Of a stretch of 64,000 nt of DNA, positions 11,801-25,379 are shown piece by piece. Source of the DNA: Okamejei kenojei (lineage: Eukaryota); NCBI GenBank assembly GCA_035221665.1, contig CM069156.1:29388001-29452000 (forward strand), given 5' to 3'. The position numbers and the translations under genes were made by a program. The notes below the pieces were generated by a model. The model was not told the DNA's origin, did not search any database, and saw nothing but the letters and a program-made list of their open reading frames with translations. The first letter of the stretch is position 1, and every line of letters begins with the position of its first letter.

Positions 11801-13567
11801 AGGAATTTTGTCTCCACACTGGTTCTGACAAGATCTGATAACTTCAGATTCAGTGATTTACTTTTACAAAGCAAGTTCCTCAGAAATTCCTACTGGGTGG
11901 GGGTGGATTGTCAATGAGACAGGATTTATATTAAAGGAGTTCCTCATGATTGTGCTGGTCTCGCAGGTTAGCTGTGCCAAGAGCATGTTTTGCATCAAAC
12001 CGATAAGGTGCCTGCAATATACATCTTGTGATAGCATTGGCAGCAGCTTCAAACAGCCAGGAATGCTCAGTAAGTCCTCCACTACACTGTCACAAATACC
12101 TCAACTTCAGTTAAGAACCTGATACTACATTACTTCCCAACCAGCTGCACAATTCCCTCTCAAAATGAGACCGTCCCCTCACCCCAGAATCAGGTCATGG
12201 GTTCAAGTATTGTGGAGCCTTGAGATTCATTCTTCTGCAACTGTGGTGAATGTGCGAAATTGTGACTGTATGCCTCAATATTTCCATCATAATACATAGG
12301 GAGAGTGTAACTGGAAAAAAACTGAAAATCCTTAAAGTCTGATGAATTCTTAGTTTGAGTTGTCAGCTGTGTCACCGTGGGCTTTTTCTTGTCTGAGTCA
12401 GAAGGATGATGTTTCAATCTAATCCAGACTTGAGCGAGGTGCAGTAGTGAGACAGAGGAGCCATCTTTCAGAAATGTTAAACATTTTCTATTAACTGAGA
12501 GTAGTCTAGGCCCTCGTGACTTCTAAAACCAACGATAATTTTAGTTCACCTTTAAGTCTTAATCAGTAACAGCAAAGCTAAACAAACAACCAACAGTCAT
12601 TTTTAAAAAGCAATTCAGGGAAACTGGGTGCCTCTTTAAAACTGTATTAAACTGACAGAAAATGAAGCTTTTAAGCTGACAGCATCATGCCGAGTTAATT
12701 ACTTCTCTTTTTAAAGTTATCAATGTGATTTCTCTATCTTTGCCACTTCAAATTTATTTAAATATCTTTCTGCTGATTGTCTATTTTCCATCCTTTTGTG
12801 ATCTTTTAGTTTATGTGACTATTTGTCAGGGAGATTGCCCAGAAGCTGGGTCTGGGAGCTTCACTGACGCATTTGTCTGCATGGTTCATTAACATACATA
12901 TTGCTGAGGTACCTCCAGATTGTTGTGGGGGTGGAAGGCTCATTGATTCATACAACCACTGGCAATTGTTATGTGTCATCGTCATACTCAGCAGCATGCA
13001 ACATAAGCCTGGGGCTTTTGCGCTTAATCCTGGGGTTGGTGAATGCATTGGGCAGCTCTGAGAGTGGTGGTAAGAATAGAGACAAAGAGAGAGGTTGTCA
13101 CAAGCAGTTCCATCCACTCTTTGTGTGCTGGTCCAAGAGGAGGATCTACTATCATCCGATACAATTGTCTTACCCTTAAATCTCTTTTCCACTTGTAAAT
13201 TTAGCTGCACACTGTATGTCTCTCTTCATTCTATCTTATTGTACTTGAGTTCGGCTTGATTGTATTATAGTCATATAACAGGCCCTGTGTCCAACTTGCC
13301 CATGCCGATCACAATGCCCCTTCTACACTAATCTCACCTGCCTGTATTTCGTCCATATTCCTTCCAAACCTATTCTGTCCATGTACCTGTCCAAATGTCT
13401 TTTAAATGATGTGATAGTAGCTGCCTCCTCTGGCAGCTCATTCTGTATACCCACTAGCGTTTGTGTGAAAACATTGTCCCTCAGGTTCCCCACTCACCTT
13501 AAATCTATGTCCTTTGGTTCTTGAAAACCCATACACTGGATAAAATACTGTGCATTTACGCTATCTA

Positions 13568-13875
13568 GTTTTAATTTAGTTTAGAGATGTATCACGGAAA
13601 CAGGCCATTCTGCCCACTGAGTCCGCACCAACCAGCTATCCCCGCACACAAATACTAGCCTACACTACTAGAGACAATTTTACATTTATACCAAGCCAAT
13701 TACAAACCTGTACATCTTTGGAGTGTGGGAGGAAACCGAAGATCTCAGAGAAAACCCACGCAAGTCACGGGGAGAATGTACAAAATCCGTACAGACAAGC
13801 ACCCGTAGTCAGGATTAAAATCGGGACTCTGGCGCTGTCAGACAGTAGCTCTACCGCTACGCCAACATGCCGCCC
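13568..13875 (-). mobile_element. HE1-type V-SINE, near full length
   Basis: tRNA head, V-domain and CR1-like tail ending CTAAACTAAA on the minus strand. Confidence 0.85.
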
Positions 13876-14262
13876 ATCTATTCCCCTCATGATCTTAAAC
13901 ACTTCTTTAAGATCACCCCTCATTCTCCTGCGCTCCAAGGAATAAAGTCTTAACCTGCTCAACCTCTCCCTATACCTTATGCCCACAACTCCTGGTAATA
14001 TCATTATAAATGTTTTCTGCACCCTTTTCAGTTTAACAACATATTTCCCATAACAGGGTAACCAAAACTGAACACAATATTCCAAATAAAAATCTTGTAC
14101 AACTGCCTCAACCTCTAAACTCAAAACTCTGACTGATGAAGGCCAATATACCAAACCCTATTTACCTGTGACACCACTTCTAAGGAACTATGTATCTGAA
14201 CTCCTAGATCCCTTTGATTGACAACAACCCCCCAGAGCCCTGTCATTCACTATGACATCTAA

Positions 14263-14991
14263 AGGGCCTGTTCCACTGACACGACCTTTCAGCGACAGTC
14301 TTCGACCTTCAAGCTCGAGGGCACTCGCCTGGAAAACCTCAAGCTGGATCGACCGTCAGTGATGAAACCGCGAGCTGGATCGACCGACCGCGCACACACA
14401 CACTGCAAAGCGGGGGCTAGGGAAAGCGGGGGAGCGCTGTCTGAAATTCACACCCGCGATGAACAGAAAGGTAAAAGACGGATGCACAGCGTACGGTAAG
14501 TCCTTTAGAGCGCGCGGGGGGGGGGGGGGGGGGGGGGGAGAAGGGGAGAGAGGGAGAGGGGAGGGGAGAAGAAGTGGAGACAATTTTAAGAAGATGGACA
14601 ACTTATAATAAAGTTTAGCGGGCATTTTACATTACCGGTCGGTTTTCCTTGGTCCTGAAAACTCCAATGAGCCAATTAAAATGCCCGGTCAGCGAAGGAG
14701 ATTACCTGCGGCTGCCCTCGACTGCCTGTCACTACATTGCGATCCTACTCTACTGCACTACGAGTTCAAAAGAACTATGCCGACCAAATTTTACTTGCGG
14801 AAAATTTTTCAACATGCTGAAAATTTTTCCTCAACCAAACTGAGGCCAAGAGTATGCGGGAACTTCCCTCAAGCATGAAGGAGAGTTCCAGTGACCTCCT
14901 AGGACCACGTGTCGACCATGCTGCGAGTTTGTGTCGACGGCAAACTCTTCTAAACTCTCGCAGATTAGGTCACCGCAGTGGGACAGCCCCT
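14263..14991. mobile_element. Non-autonomous TIR DNA transposon (PIF/Harbinger-like MITE)
   Basis: TIRs AGGGCCTGTTCCACTG / CAGTGGGACAGCCCCT, flanked by TAA and TTA; CpG-rich interior. Confidence 0.75.
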
Positions 14992-15552
14992 TTACACTCA
15001 CAATCTGTATCAAAGTTATCTGTATTAACCATTCCTCAGCGCACCGATCATGATCCTCTTGCAATCTTTGATAACTATCTTTGCGTCCTATGATGCCACC
15101 CAATTTAGTGTCATCTGCAAACTTACTAATCTTGCTTTGTACTTATTTATATGCAGTATTATCTGATTTGGAACGGAATGGAATACCTTATTGTCACATG
15201 TGACTAAGCACAGTGAAATTCTTTGCTGCATACCCAATGTATACAAATTTGATTGGATATCACGTAAAACAAAGCTTTTCACTGTACCTCAGTACACGTG
15301 ACAATAGACATAAACCTAAACACCCCTCCAGTGCCCCTAATGAATATAGAGCCCTCAGTAACTTCTCATTTCTTCACTTTGCATCCGTATCTCATACTAT
15401 ACCCTCTTTGTTCCTATCCTTTGGTCTCCTGATGCCGGTGTCCTGAAACTTGCTAGGTCCTATGCAAATAACATCAAATTGTACCTATCTGCCCACCCCA
15501 GTTCCCGGCTACTGCAGGTCTCCCTGACCTGAAATGCTTTGCACAACTAGTT

Positions 15553-15909
15553 CTCCGGGGAGCAGGCGGCCACTCCAGACATTTTCCAAGCCGCTGAGGA
15601 GTGTTCACCCGACGCCGGAGTTCCAGCTTTCCGGCAAAGAGGGCCTGAAAACATCAGACTGGCTGCGGAGACCACAAATAGGCCCCGACCTCGGGTGATC
15701 ACAGAGGAAGAGGACTAAACTTTTTGATGCCTTTCCCCACAGTGGAAAATTTTGATTCTGTTGTGGGGGGACGTTCATGGTGAATTCTATAATGTGTTGT
15801 GCCATTTTTCTTATTTTTAATTTTTTTCTATGGATGAACGGAAACGTTATAACTTATTTTATGTAAAGCACTTTGGTTTCAACGCTATATAAATAACATT
15901 TACTTACTT
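15553..15909 (+). mobile_element. Retroposon with an L2-type 3' tail
   Basis: GC-rich head; tail TGTAAAGCACTTTGG...GCTATATAAATA...(TACT)n; flanked by an ACTAGTT duplication (15546-15552, 15910-15916). Confidence 0.6.
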
Positions 15910-16769
15910 ACTAGTTTTTCAGGCCATGGATTCTAGTAGTTTACAAGCTCAAGGTCACAATCACTAGCTGTACCCAATGTCCTGCAAAATCAGTGGACAG
16001 CAATGATAGAATGGGGACAGTGGAGCTTACTGTATGCATTTGAAGCTCATATACTTTGCAATTACTTTGCAACTGCACTGTCATTCTGCAGTATTTTAAT
16101 AAAACACTTGTCAATCTCATCGTAATTACTCTAAAGTGTTAGGAGATGAGTTTGCACTTTTCAGTCCCTCAAGCTTTGGGTTCCTGTTCTCTATTAGACA
16201 AACATTGCACTAAAAAAGGTTAACTTTTTAATAAATCAGAATGGAAGATCTTGCCAGATCGATCTCTCTACTTCAAATGCCAATTTTGCTGCATTTAGAA
16301 TCATGGAGTTAAAGAATCATACAGTACAGAAACAGGCCTTTAGGCCGACCAATTGTATGCCAACCATCAAATACCTAACTATATTAATCCCATTTGGTCC
16401 AATCTTGAAGATAGATCCCAACGTGAAACGTTGTCTGTCCGGTTCCCTCCAGATGTCGCCTGATTCCTGAGTTCATTCATCAGTTAGTTTTGTTGCTCAA
16501 GATTACAGATCTGCAGCGTCTTTTGTTTCCAGTAACCTATTACGCGTTAGCGATTCAAGATGCTAATCCAAATGCTTCTTAACTCGTAACCCTGTGAGAG
16601 TTTCTGCCTTCATCACCTTCTCAGGCAATGAGGTGAAATATTATTCTCCAGATTTCTTCTAAACTGCTCACAATTCTCTCTATCTTAGACATCTCTGCAA
16701 TGTGGAAATGGTTCTTACTATTACTCAAACTATGCCTATCATAATCTGGTATAACTCTCTCAGGTCCCC

Positions 16770-16906
16770 TTCTTCTTCTTCTTCTTGCGTGTGGCGTGCC
16801 CAGCCTAAAGACAACTTGTTCTGTTTGATCTTCTGATGGTGCACACCAGGTTGATTGCATTTGTCGACACAGGGTGGACCACGTGAAGGTTGCAATCTCC
16901 CACCCC
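16770..16906 (-). mobile_element. Short retroposon headed by an HDV-like ribozyme, (GAA)n tail, copy 1
   Basis: 14-bp TSD TCTCTCAGGTCCCC (16756-16769, 16909-16922); homologous to 57069-57211. Confidence 0.85.
16853..16906 (-). ncRNA. Predicted minimal HDV-like ribozyme
   Basis: GGGGTGG GA GATTGCA ACC TTCACGT GGT CCACCCT GT GTCG AC AAA TGCAATC gives P1, P2, P3, L3 and J4/2 in the HDV order. Confidence 0.78.
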
Positions 16907-19159
16907 AATCTCTCAGGTCCCCCATCAGCCTCCTCTCCTCCTCAGCTGATACCTCACAGTGACATAGAGACAGGTTCCATCCTGACAACATATGCTGTCT
17001 GTGCGGAGTTCGCAAGCTCTCCCTGTGTCTACGTGGATTTCCTCCAGGTGCTACCGTTTCATTCTGCATTCCAAAGACGTGTGGGTTTGTAGGTTAATTG
17101 GCCTCTGTGAATTGCCCAAGTTTATAGGGAGTTGATGTGAAAGTGGAATAACATAGATAATCGATATGGCCTAAGTGGGTTGAAACCACCTGATTCCTTG
17201 CTATATTTCAATCAATCAGAAAACAAATGAAACGTAATAGGTTGGAAAACACAAACTGCTGGAGGAACTCAGCGAGTCGAGCAGCGTTTGAGGAGGAAAA
17301 GGAATGGTAAATGCTTCAGGTAGAAGCCCTGCAACAGGACTGAGAACGAAGAGGAAAGATAGTCAGCATGAGACAGGGACCACTATATCCAAGACTTAAC
17401 CTTGGACCCACACCTAAAACTGTCTCTCTCACCTAATTAGAGTCAGAGTCATATAGTACAGCATGGGAAACAAGTCCCCAGGTCCAACTCGTCTTGCTTG
17501 CAATGAGGTTGCCTACCTGAGAAAGAACCATTTGCTTGCATTTGGCCCATATGCCTTTAAACCTAAGCATGTGCATCTGTCTAAATGCCTTTTATGCAAT
17601 TGTACCTGCCTCTACCACTTCCTCTGGCAGCTCATTCCATATACCCACCATCGTTTGTTTGAAAAAATGGCCTCTCAGATCCCCTTCAATTTTTTCTCTC
17701 TCCTCATCCGATTTTGGCTCCCCTACTCTGGGAAAAAGTCTGTGACCATTCACTTCATCAATGCCCTTCTAATGCTATAAGATAACCCCTCAGTCGCCTT
17801 TGCTCCAAGGAGAAAACCCCCAACTTATCCAGACTCTCTTAATAATTCAAGTCCTGACAGTCCCAGCAACAATTTTATGAATCTCTTTTCCACCCTTTCT
17901 AGTTTATTGTGTGACCTTGCTATGAGTCAATTGGGTTCCAGCTGCCTACATTATAATATTTAATGTATTTCAATATCACTTATTTTTTAGATGTTCTGAC
18001 GCAATAGGCACGACAGAAATATGAGGTGTGAAGTGATCTGAGTGGGAGCTACTTCTGTGTTACTGTACTTTGGCACGCTGACTTAATCAGCTCCCGGATT
18101 ACACCAACAAGTGGACCTGACTTGAGTTTTGCACTGACCAAATCAGACTTATCATGATTTTAAATTATCATGTGACTGTGAAGACATAATGAATTGGGGG
18201 AGGAAGGAAAGCACTCTCTTTATACTAAACCTTTATTACCATGACAACGGCAATGCTGCTAAGATACCAGTGCTGCTTTCTGAAACACTCAAGTGTTTAC
18301 ATTCAGGGCTGCAGGATTTTTCTCACTAGTGCTGCCTTTCCTATGGAGCAGTTGTCACACTCTCAGCACAGAAACAGGTCCTCCAGCGAATTTGTCCATG
18401 TCGACCAAGTTGGCCAACTGAGCTGGTCCCAATTGCTTACTCCTGCCTCATTTCCCTCTCATCCTTTCCTAATCATGTAGTTGTGCAAAGGTCTTTTAAA
18501 TGTCGGGATGTACCACTTTCTCTGGTAGCTCATTCCATATACCCGCCACCTTGACAAGGTTGCCCCTCAGGTCCCATTTAAATTTTTCCCCATTCACCCT
18601 CTACCTTCTAGTTTAGACTCTCCTAGCCTGGGGGAAAAGACCCTGGGTATTCGCCTTATCTAAGCTCCTCTTGATTTTATCAACCTCTATTAAGGTCACT
18701 TTTCAACCTGCTACATTCCAGAGTATAAAGACGCAGCCTATCCAATCTCTCCTTATAACACAAGCCCTCCAGACTTCAAATCATAAAACGCACCATAGAA
18801 ATATATATTTTTTTTACAAAAGGATGTCTGACGAAGGGTCTCAACCCGAAATGACACCCATTCCTTCTCTCCAAAGATGCTGCCTGTCCCGCTGATTTAC
18901 TCCGGCATTTTGTGTCTACCTTCAATTTGAAAGAGCATCTGCAGTTCTTTCCTACACAGGTTTTATCTAAAATCTGCTCACTTAAGAGCATATTGACCTG
19001 AAAAGTTAAGTTCCTCATAGATAATATTGAATATTTACATTTCACATTCTATTCACTCTATGTCTGAGAAAATATGGTAATTCCAGATTTGCATGGCTTT
19101 TGCTCCAGCTGTGGAGAACCTGGGGCTAATGCATGTTTGATACTTTCCCATGAACACTA

Positions 19160-19770
19160 TGTTACTCCAACATTTTGTGTCTACCTTTTGGATTGTACCT
19201 GGACAGTAAACTGGATGGGTCCAGGAACACTGAGGCCCTGTAGAAGGGACAGAGCCGGCTGTACTTTTTGAGAAGGCTCCGCCCATTCAACATCTGCAGT
19301 AAGATGCTGTAGATGTTCTATCGATTGGTGGTTGCCAATGCCATCGTCTTCGCTGTTGTGTGCTGGGGCAGCAGGGCAAAGGTTGCGGACGGCAACAGGA
19401 TTAACAAACTCATCTGGAAGGCTGGCTCTGGTCTGGGGGTGGAGTTGGATTCATGGGAGGTGGTCTTGGAGAGGAGGGTGCTCCTCAAACTGCGGAGCAC
19501 CTTGAACAATACAGCTCACCCCCTCCACGACACACTAGTCAATCTGAAGAGTTCCACCACGATGCAGTACAGAACGCCACAGGAGATCCTTCTTCCCTGT
19601 GGCTATCAAACTGTACAACTACTCCTCCCTATGCATGGGGTAGACTGACTCCCCTTCCCCCGCACAACCCCGATCCTTTCCACTTGTCACTTTAATTTCA
19701 TATTTAATGTATCTTACGTTTTATGACTTTTGGCAGATCAATTTCCCTCTAAGTTCTATCGTATTGTATT
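19160..19770 (+). mobile_element. Rex1/Babar LINE 3' fragment
   Basis: ORF 19313-19648: FYRLVVANAIVFAVVCWGS...NKLIWKAGS...HPLHDTL. Confidence 0.8.
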
Positions 19771-20499
19771 CACCGAGCCTTATCGTAACGCAATGTTACG
19801 ATAAGCAGGCAATGTTATTTACTGTCCATGTGATGGCTCTATATTCCATTTCCCTCTTTCTCCCCCCCCCCCCCAAAACAAGAGAAAGTATTCATTAGAA
19901 AGACAATACCAACTGCGATGCTGGCGGGTTGTGTAGCTAAGACTAGATCCACTTTTCCAGGAGGATAATTGGGAAGTTGAATATATTCCTCAATGAACAA
20001 TCTAATTGCTAGCCCTTATATTTCAGCAGCCACTCACACTTCTGAAATAAAAAAAATTACTCTGCTGCTTGTGCGTGCTCTCTCCGCCTAGTATCACCAG
20101 TACAGTCCTCTTTATAAAACTGGTATATATCTCGATCTTTATAAACACCCACAGTTTAGGTGGAATGGCTACAATCCGTCTCAAATATTGAGAGAAATCT
20201 CACTGTGGATATGGTGACATGGAGGGTTTCTTACCTATCTTCTCAACACCTACCATTTGGAAAGATGCATTTGGATTAGACATTTAGAGAAAGTCCATTG
20301 TTCTGTGTGCAAGTTTCAGAGAAATTAATCCAGACCTGGTTGTTGATTGTGGAATGGGAACAGTATTAAGGATAATCTGGACTTTATATCGGCCTGGGAC
20401 CAGTGTCTGAACTGGAAGAATATGATTGATAGCAATACACATGGAATGCCATCTCCATCCTGCTGCAGTGCTTTTCTGGCTCCATGATTTGGGAACAGC

Positions 20500-21000
20500 T
20501 CATTTCAACACCACAATAAATTGTTGAGTTGTAGATGTAGCCCAGTCTATCAGGCAGACCAGACGTTCCATCTTTGACTCCATCTACAACTTGGCAAACA
20601 GCCAACATAACCAATGGTTTGTCCCACTCAGTCATTCCTTCTCTGCTTTCATCAAGCAAAAGCTTGAAAGCGCGCATCACCAGATTCTGGCACAGCTTCC
20701 ACCAGACTCAGGTACAGATTCCTCCCCTCTGTTATCAGGCTTCTGAACAGTCCTTCCATAAGCTAGGGTACTGTCTGATTCAGCTCTACCCCATTGCAGA
20801 CATTGGACTTTCTCTGGCAACTTATGCGCTACAATGATGAAATTCTGCACTCTGCATCTTCTCCTGTGCTCCATCTATTGTACTTGAGTTTGACGATTTT
20901 ATTTGTGTAGTATTATTTGATTTGATTTGATTGGGTAACATGCAAAACAAAGCTTTTTACTGCACCTTGATATACGTGCCAATAATAAACCTAAACCTAA
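20500..21000 (+). mobile_element. Decayed Rex1/Babar 3' end
   Basis: SLKARITRFWHSF motif and a tail ending AATAATAAACCTAAACCTAA. Confidence 0.6.
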
Positions 21001-24000
21001 AAGGATGCCATTAGGGAATTCTACTCAATTCATTGTTTGTGGCATCTTTCTATGCATAAACAGGTAGAGTTCATTGGTACGCGTCTGTGAAGGCAGAAGT
21101 GTAGTGGGAGCTTTACAATATATTTGATTAGCATTTACAGCTCAGACACATGCTGTTTGGCTTAACTGGTCCCTGCTTGTGTTTACACAAGATCCTCTTT
21201 CTACTATCCTTCATTTACCTTGTAGGTCAATAAGCTCCAGAATTCTCAACTGGTTTTATTGATGGAAGCCTTCTGCTAATGCCTAGTTCTCATCTACATC
21301 ATCCAACCTCCATCATCCCAACCCCTTCAACATACAAACATCATCACCCTGCCTCTCTGTGTTCTGCATGTTTGGATATTATTGCCGCACTAGCTATCCT
21401 GGCCTCTTTGCTGACCATGATCTATTTAGTTCACCCTGATTTTAACCAAGTGCTGTTCAGGCAGATGTAGATTTTAGTCTATATTTCCCTTGTGATTTCA
21501 TCTTGATCCAGATGTGAAGCTGGTGTGCTCATCTGCTCATTGTTATAATGTGAAAAATCAGCACCTGACAACTGGCTGAGGGAAGCACTTAACCTATGCT
21601 GAAAGATCATCTACTGTGTGAAAGATATACTTTGGTCTACATGAAATGTTATTGGTCTCCCAGTGTAAGATGTCTGCAAGTGAATGCTGCTGACTGGCAC
21701 ACTCCAGGGTGAAGGAGTACATTGTGAGAGGATGAAGCCCGGTACAACCATTGCAAAGGCTCAATCAGGAGGACCATAGTCCAAGGTCCTGCTGAAACTG
21801 AGTACTGAGGGATTAGGCCCTATGTAACAGTCTCTCAGACACTTCACGGGTGCATTATTTTAAGAGGAAACAAGAATGGAATTGATGCATTGTGAGAGAA
21901 TGTATTGAATAAATGGCAAAATAAACATACAGAAAGACTTGCTCCGATTGTTTATACTGCATTATGAATAAAGTTTTAAATTAACCTAATCATAGAAGAG
22001 ATTTTCCAAAAAACTTGTTAATTTGCAGTTTCAGCCTGTTGAATGAAGAACCTTTACTCCCAACAAATCTCAGCCTACTACTGAATCTGAACCACCTCAT
22101 CTCCTCCTCCAAATACCATCTTCTCCCGCATCTCATTTTAGCACTCCCATCCATTCCAATGCTGGTGATTATATCCTCCCATCCCTCCCCATTCCATCTC
22201 CCAACCTGCTAACCTGCATTGCTAAAGGCTAAAGTCTATAAAGCCTAGCCACTGAGTTCAATATAACCTACCTGCGTGTCCAGGTACATTTGGTGCTCTT
22301 ATTGTATAGTCCTCTGGAGATCCAATGTGAGAGATGAATGGGAAACTTCAATGTTGAGTCTGTCAAGTTTAGCTACAGTTTATGTTAACAGACTCTATTT
22401 TACAGGTTAACTTAGTCATTATCCAAACGTTACTTAAAAGTGCCAAAGACTTAGAGCACATAGTGCTGACGTAGTTTATTCCTTGGCAGCAATCTAATTC
22501 TCTGTGAAAGTTAGTGGGTGGTGTCAGAAGAACCTTTTAACCATGATTGAACACTCTATTTGAATGCTGTCAAAGTCAGAACTACCAGCCAAAGATCTGT
22601 ATCTGTTCTTTGCTCAGTAAAGGAAGATTTGCATTTATATAGCATCTTTTATAACCCCAGGAGATTCTATAATCCACCTACAGCCACTGGAAACCCTCAG
22701 TAGTTATATGATAATAGCCAGATAGTTTATTTTTGAGATATTGACCAAGGGATAAACATATGTTTGAACAACAAGGAGAACAGTCTTGGTCCTTGACATA
22801 GCAGATAGGTTTTACTGTAATGTTTTAATTGAAAGATGATTTTTTCTGATATTTTTATATTTCTCCTAAATCTAACACTATCCCCAATTTCTTTTGAAAT
22901 CCATGGTTATGCCACCTTTCTGATTTCATTTACATTATAGGACTGCTTTTATTACTTCACCCCTCTTGCAAGAAATGCCAACAATTAATGATTATTTACT
23001 TAACCATGTTTCTTATAAGAGGACATGCAGATCTCACAACCTCACACAATTTTACCACTACTTTGGAACCACAAGGGACCATAGATGCTAAAATCATGAA
23101 CAACACACAAGCTACTGGAGGAACTCAGCAGATCAGGCAGCATTTATGGATGGAAATGAACAGGCAATGATTTGGATGAGGACTTTTCTTCAAGACTGGA
23201 GTAGAGGGGAGATAGCTGGTAGAAAGAGGTGAATAGAAGAGGTCAAGGGCTGGCAAGTGATAGGTGGATGCATGAAACAAGGGGTTGATTGGCTGATGAA
23301 TCAGGGTGGAAATGATGGACATGATGATCACAAAAGCTCGAGATGCAAGTGCAGAAGATAAAAGGCTGCAGAGGGTGAAATCTGAGAAGAAAGGAATGCG
23401 AGTAGTGAAATGTAAAAAGCAAGGGAAGGGATAGTTGCTGGGAATGGGAGGAATAGAGGTGGGGGGAGATAAGCAGAAAGAGGAGGTGGAGGAAACAAAT
23501 GAAACTGGGATGACAGAGAGCAGGGGGAGAGTATAGAAAGTTGTGTGTGAGGACCTCACATTTTTATTTCTACTCCTCCCGCCAAAATGCACAGACATTT
23601 TGTAAATATGACTTGTTTCCAGCCAAAGTTACTACTTGAAAACAATCAATCTCACCTTGTGTTGCATGTTAAGAATCCTCTATCAATATATTTCTCTCAA
23701 CCATATGAACTTTTATCTTATGGTGTATGTTTTATCTGGTACTATATCCACTTGCTCCCTTTATCCATCCTGCTAGACACATCCCCAAATAAATTTCTTA
23801 TGTCTAATTTCTCTTCCATAAAGCCTAATCATGTTTAGTTTCAATAAATGATCTATCATTTCTTTAATTCCAGATTTTCCCTGACAACTGTTTTGGTGGC
23901 AACTGATATAGCTCTTTATTTTATCTCCCTTGTTGAACAGCAGTGTTGCATATATTGCTTACTGATCTGCTAAAAAAACATTTATCAGAACCAAGGCATT

Positions 24001-24620
24001 TTGAAGGTCACAACTAATGCACACACACTATCTCTACGGCCAATTATTTTTATTTTTTAAAGTTAAATTTTATTACAGGCATGTACATATCCTGGTCCGA
24101 ACCACTACAAACTTTGTTAAACGGTTACATTATTTTAATCACACTAGGAATAAAGATCATCATTTACAGGAGATCAGCCATCCTTCACCCTATTCGTTCT
24201 TCTGGTAAAATAATCACTAATTTATGAGAAAAATTTGGATGTTTTTCAGTTTTTTCCCCTTGGTTAATTGCTATTTTTAGCCTGCTTTCAATGTTACAAA
24301 AATACCCGATTAGTGTCTCGGCCATTTCTTTATTCCCTATGAATAATTCCAGTCTCATCTACAAAATAATGCTTTTAGATTACGACTCACTTCCTCTTTA
24401 AATATATGTCTATCTTTATCCTTCTTGTTGTTTTATGCCTATATAGTTTTTTTCTCAATTCTTAAGGCATATATTTTGGTCAGTTGTGGCCCGAATACCA
24501 TGAATAGGCCCTTTTGCCCAAGATATTGGTATCGACAACTATGCCAAATTAAACTACTCTCATCTGTCTGCACGTGGTCTATATCCCTTCATTCTCTGTA
24601 TGCTCATATGCCTGTCCAAA

Positions 24621-25040
24621 TCCTTACAACTATAAAAATCTGATCTTGGATGTCTATTTATTTATCTATTTATTTATTTGTGTGTGATCACCTCTTCTCG
24701 AAAAACCTACGCGGTAACAGTAATATTTTAACATATTTCGATAGAGATTCATCCCGTGGAGTCCAAAATTGCCTTATCTGAAAAATGAATGCATTATTTC
24801 TCGAGTTATTAATCAAAATGTTCAAAAATCTGAAATAACTTAGAAAATAAAACCGGCTGGCTGTGGCTGATGACATGATGACGTCACAATGAGTATGCAC
24901 GCTGTGTTCCACTCGCTGCGAATGATGTCACCCAGCCGCTGCCTGCTCCCCTCCTCCTCCCCCCCTCACTCCTCCCTTTCCCCCCCCCCCTTCAACCGCG
25001 TGTTGAGGGGACGGAATCCAACGGGTCCCACTTGGTCTAG
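24621..25040 (+). mobile_element. Non-autonomous Helitron
   Basis: Starts TC, ends CTAG after a subterminal hairpin (GGGAC...GTCCC). Inserted between A and T of a LINE tail (CCAAA|TATCTCTTAAAA) with no TSD. Confidence 0.82.
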
Positions 25041-25379
25041 TATCTCTTAAAAATAGTGAGGAGCTTAGGATGATGATAAGCAACAGTAATTAAATTTGGT
25101 CTACTGTTTTCTGGGATATTGCTGTTTACAGTGTCTTTATAAGTAGATTAGAACCCCTGGGACAGAGTGTGGAAGAACGTTATTTGTTAAGTTGCTTGTC
25201 TCAAGGCACCTTGTTGTTTCTATTCAAATCAGTGAATGCTGCTGTGTGCTGGAATAATTAGACAGGACGTGATGTGTTGATGCATCTGACGTTTCAATCA
25301 TTTGTTTTCTCCGAAATAGAATTGCTTGGTTTGCAATCAACTTGCAACCACATTGTGCTGTGGATTAAGGTAGAGGTTA

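Larger units (their letters stand above)
13270..15135 (-). mobile_element. CR1 LINE 3' region, interrupted by a V-SINE and a MITE
   Basis: ORF 13765-14154: LEYCVQFWLP...YRERLSRLRLYSLERRRMRGDLKEVFKIM; FADDTKLG motif near 15100. Confidence 0.8.

Noticed and set aside
12190-12417. 75-aa minus-strand ORF that looks protein-like
   Set aside because: It begins in the reverse complement of a DeuSINE head; no splice support or recognisable domain.
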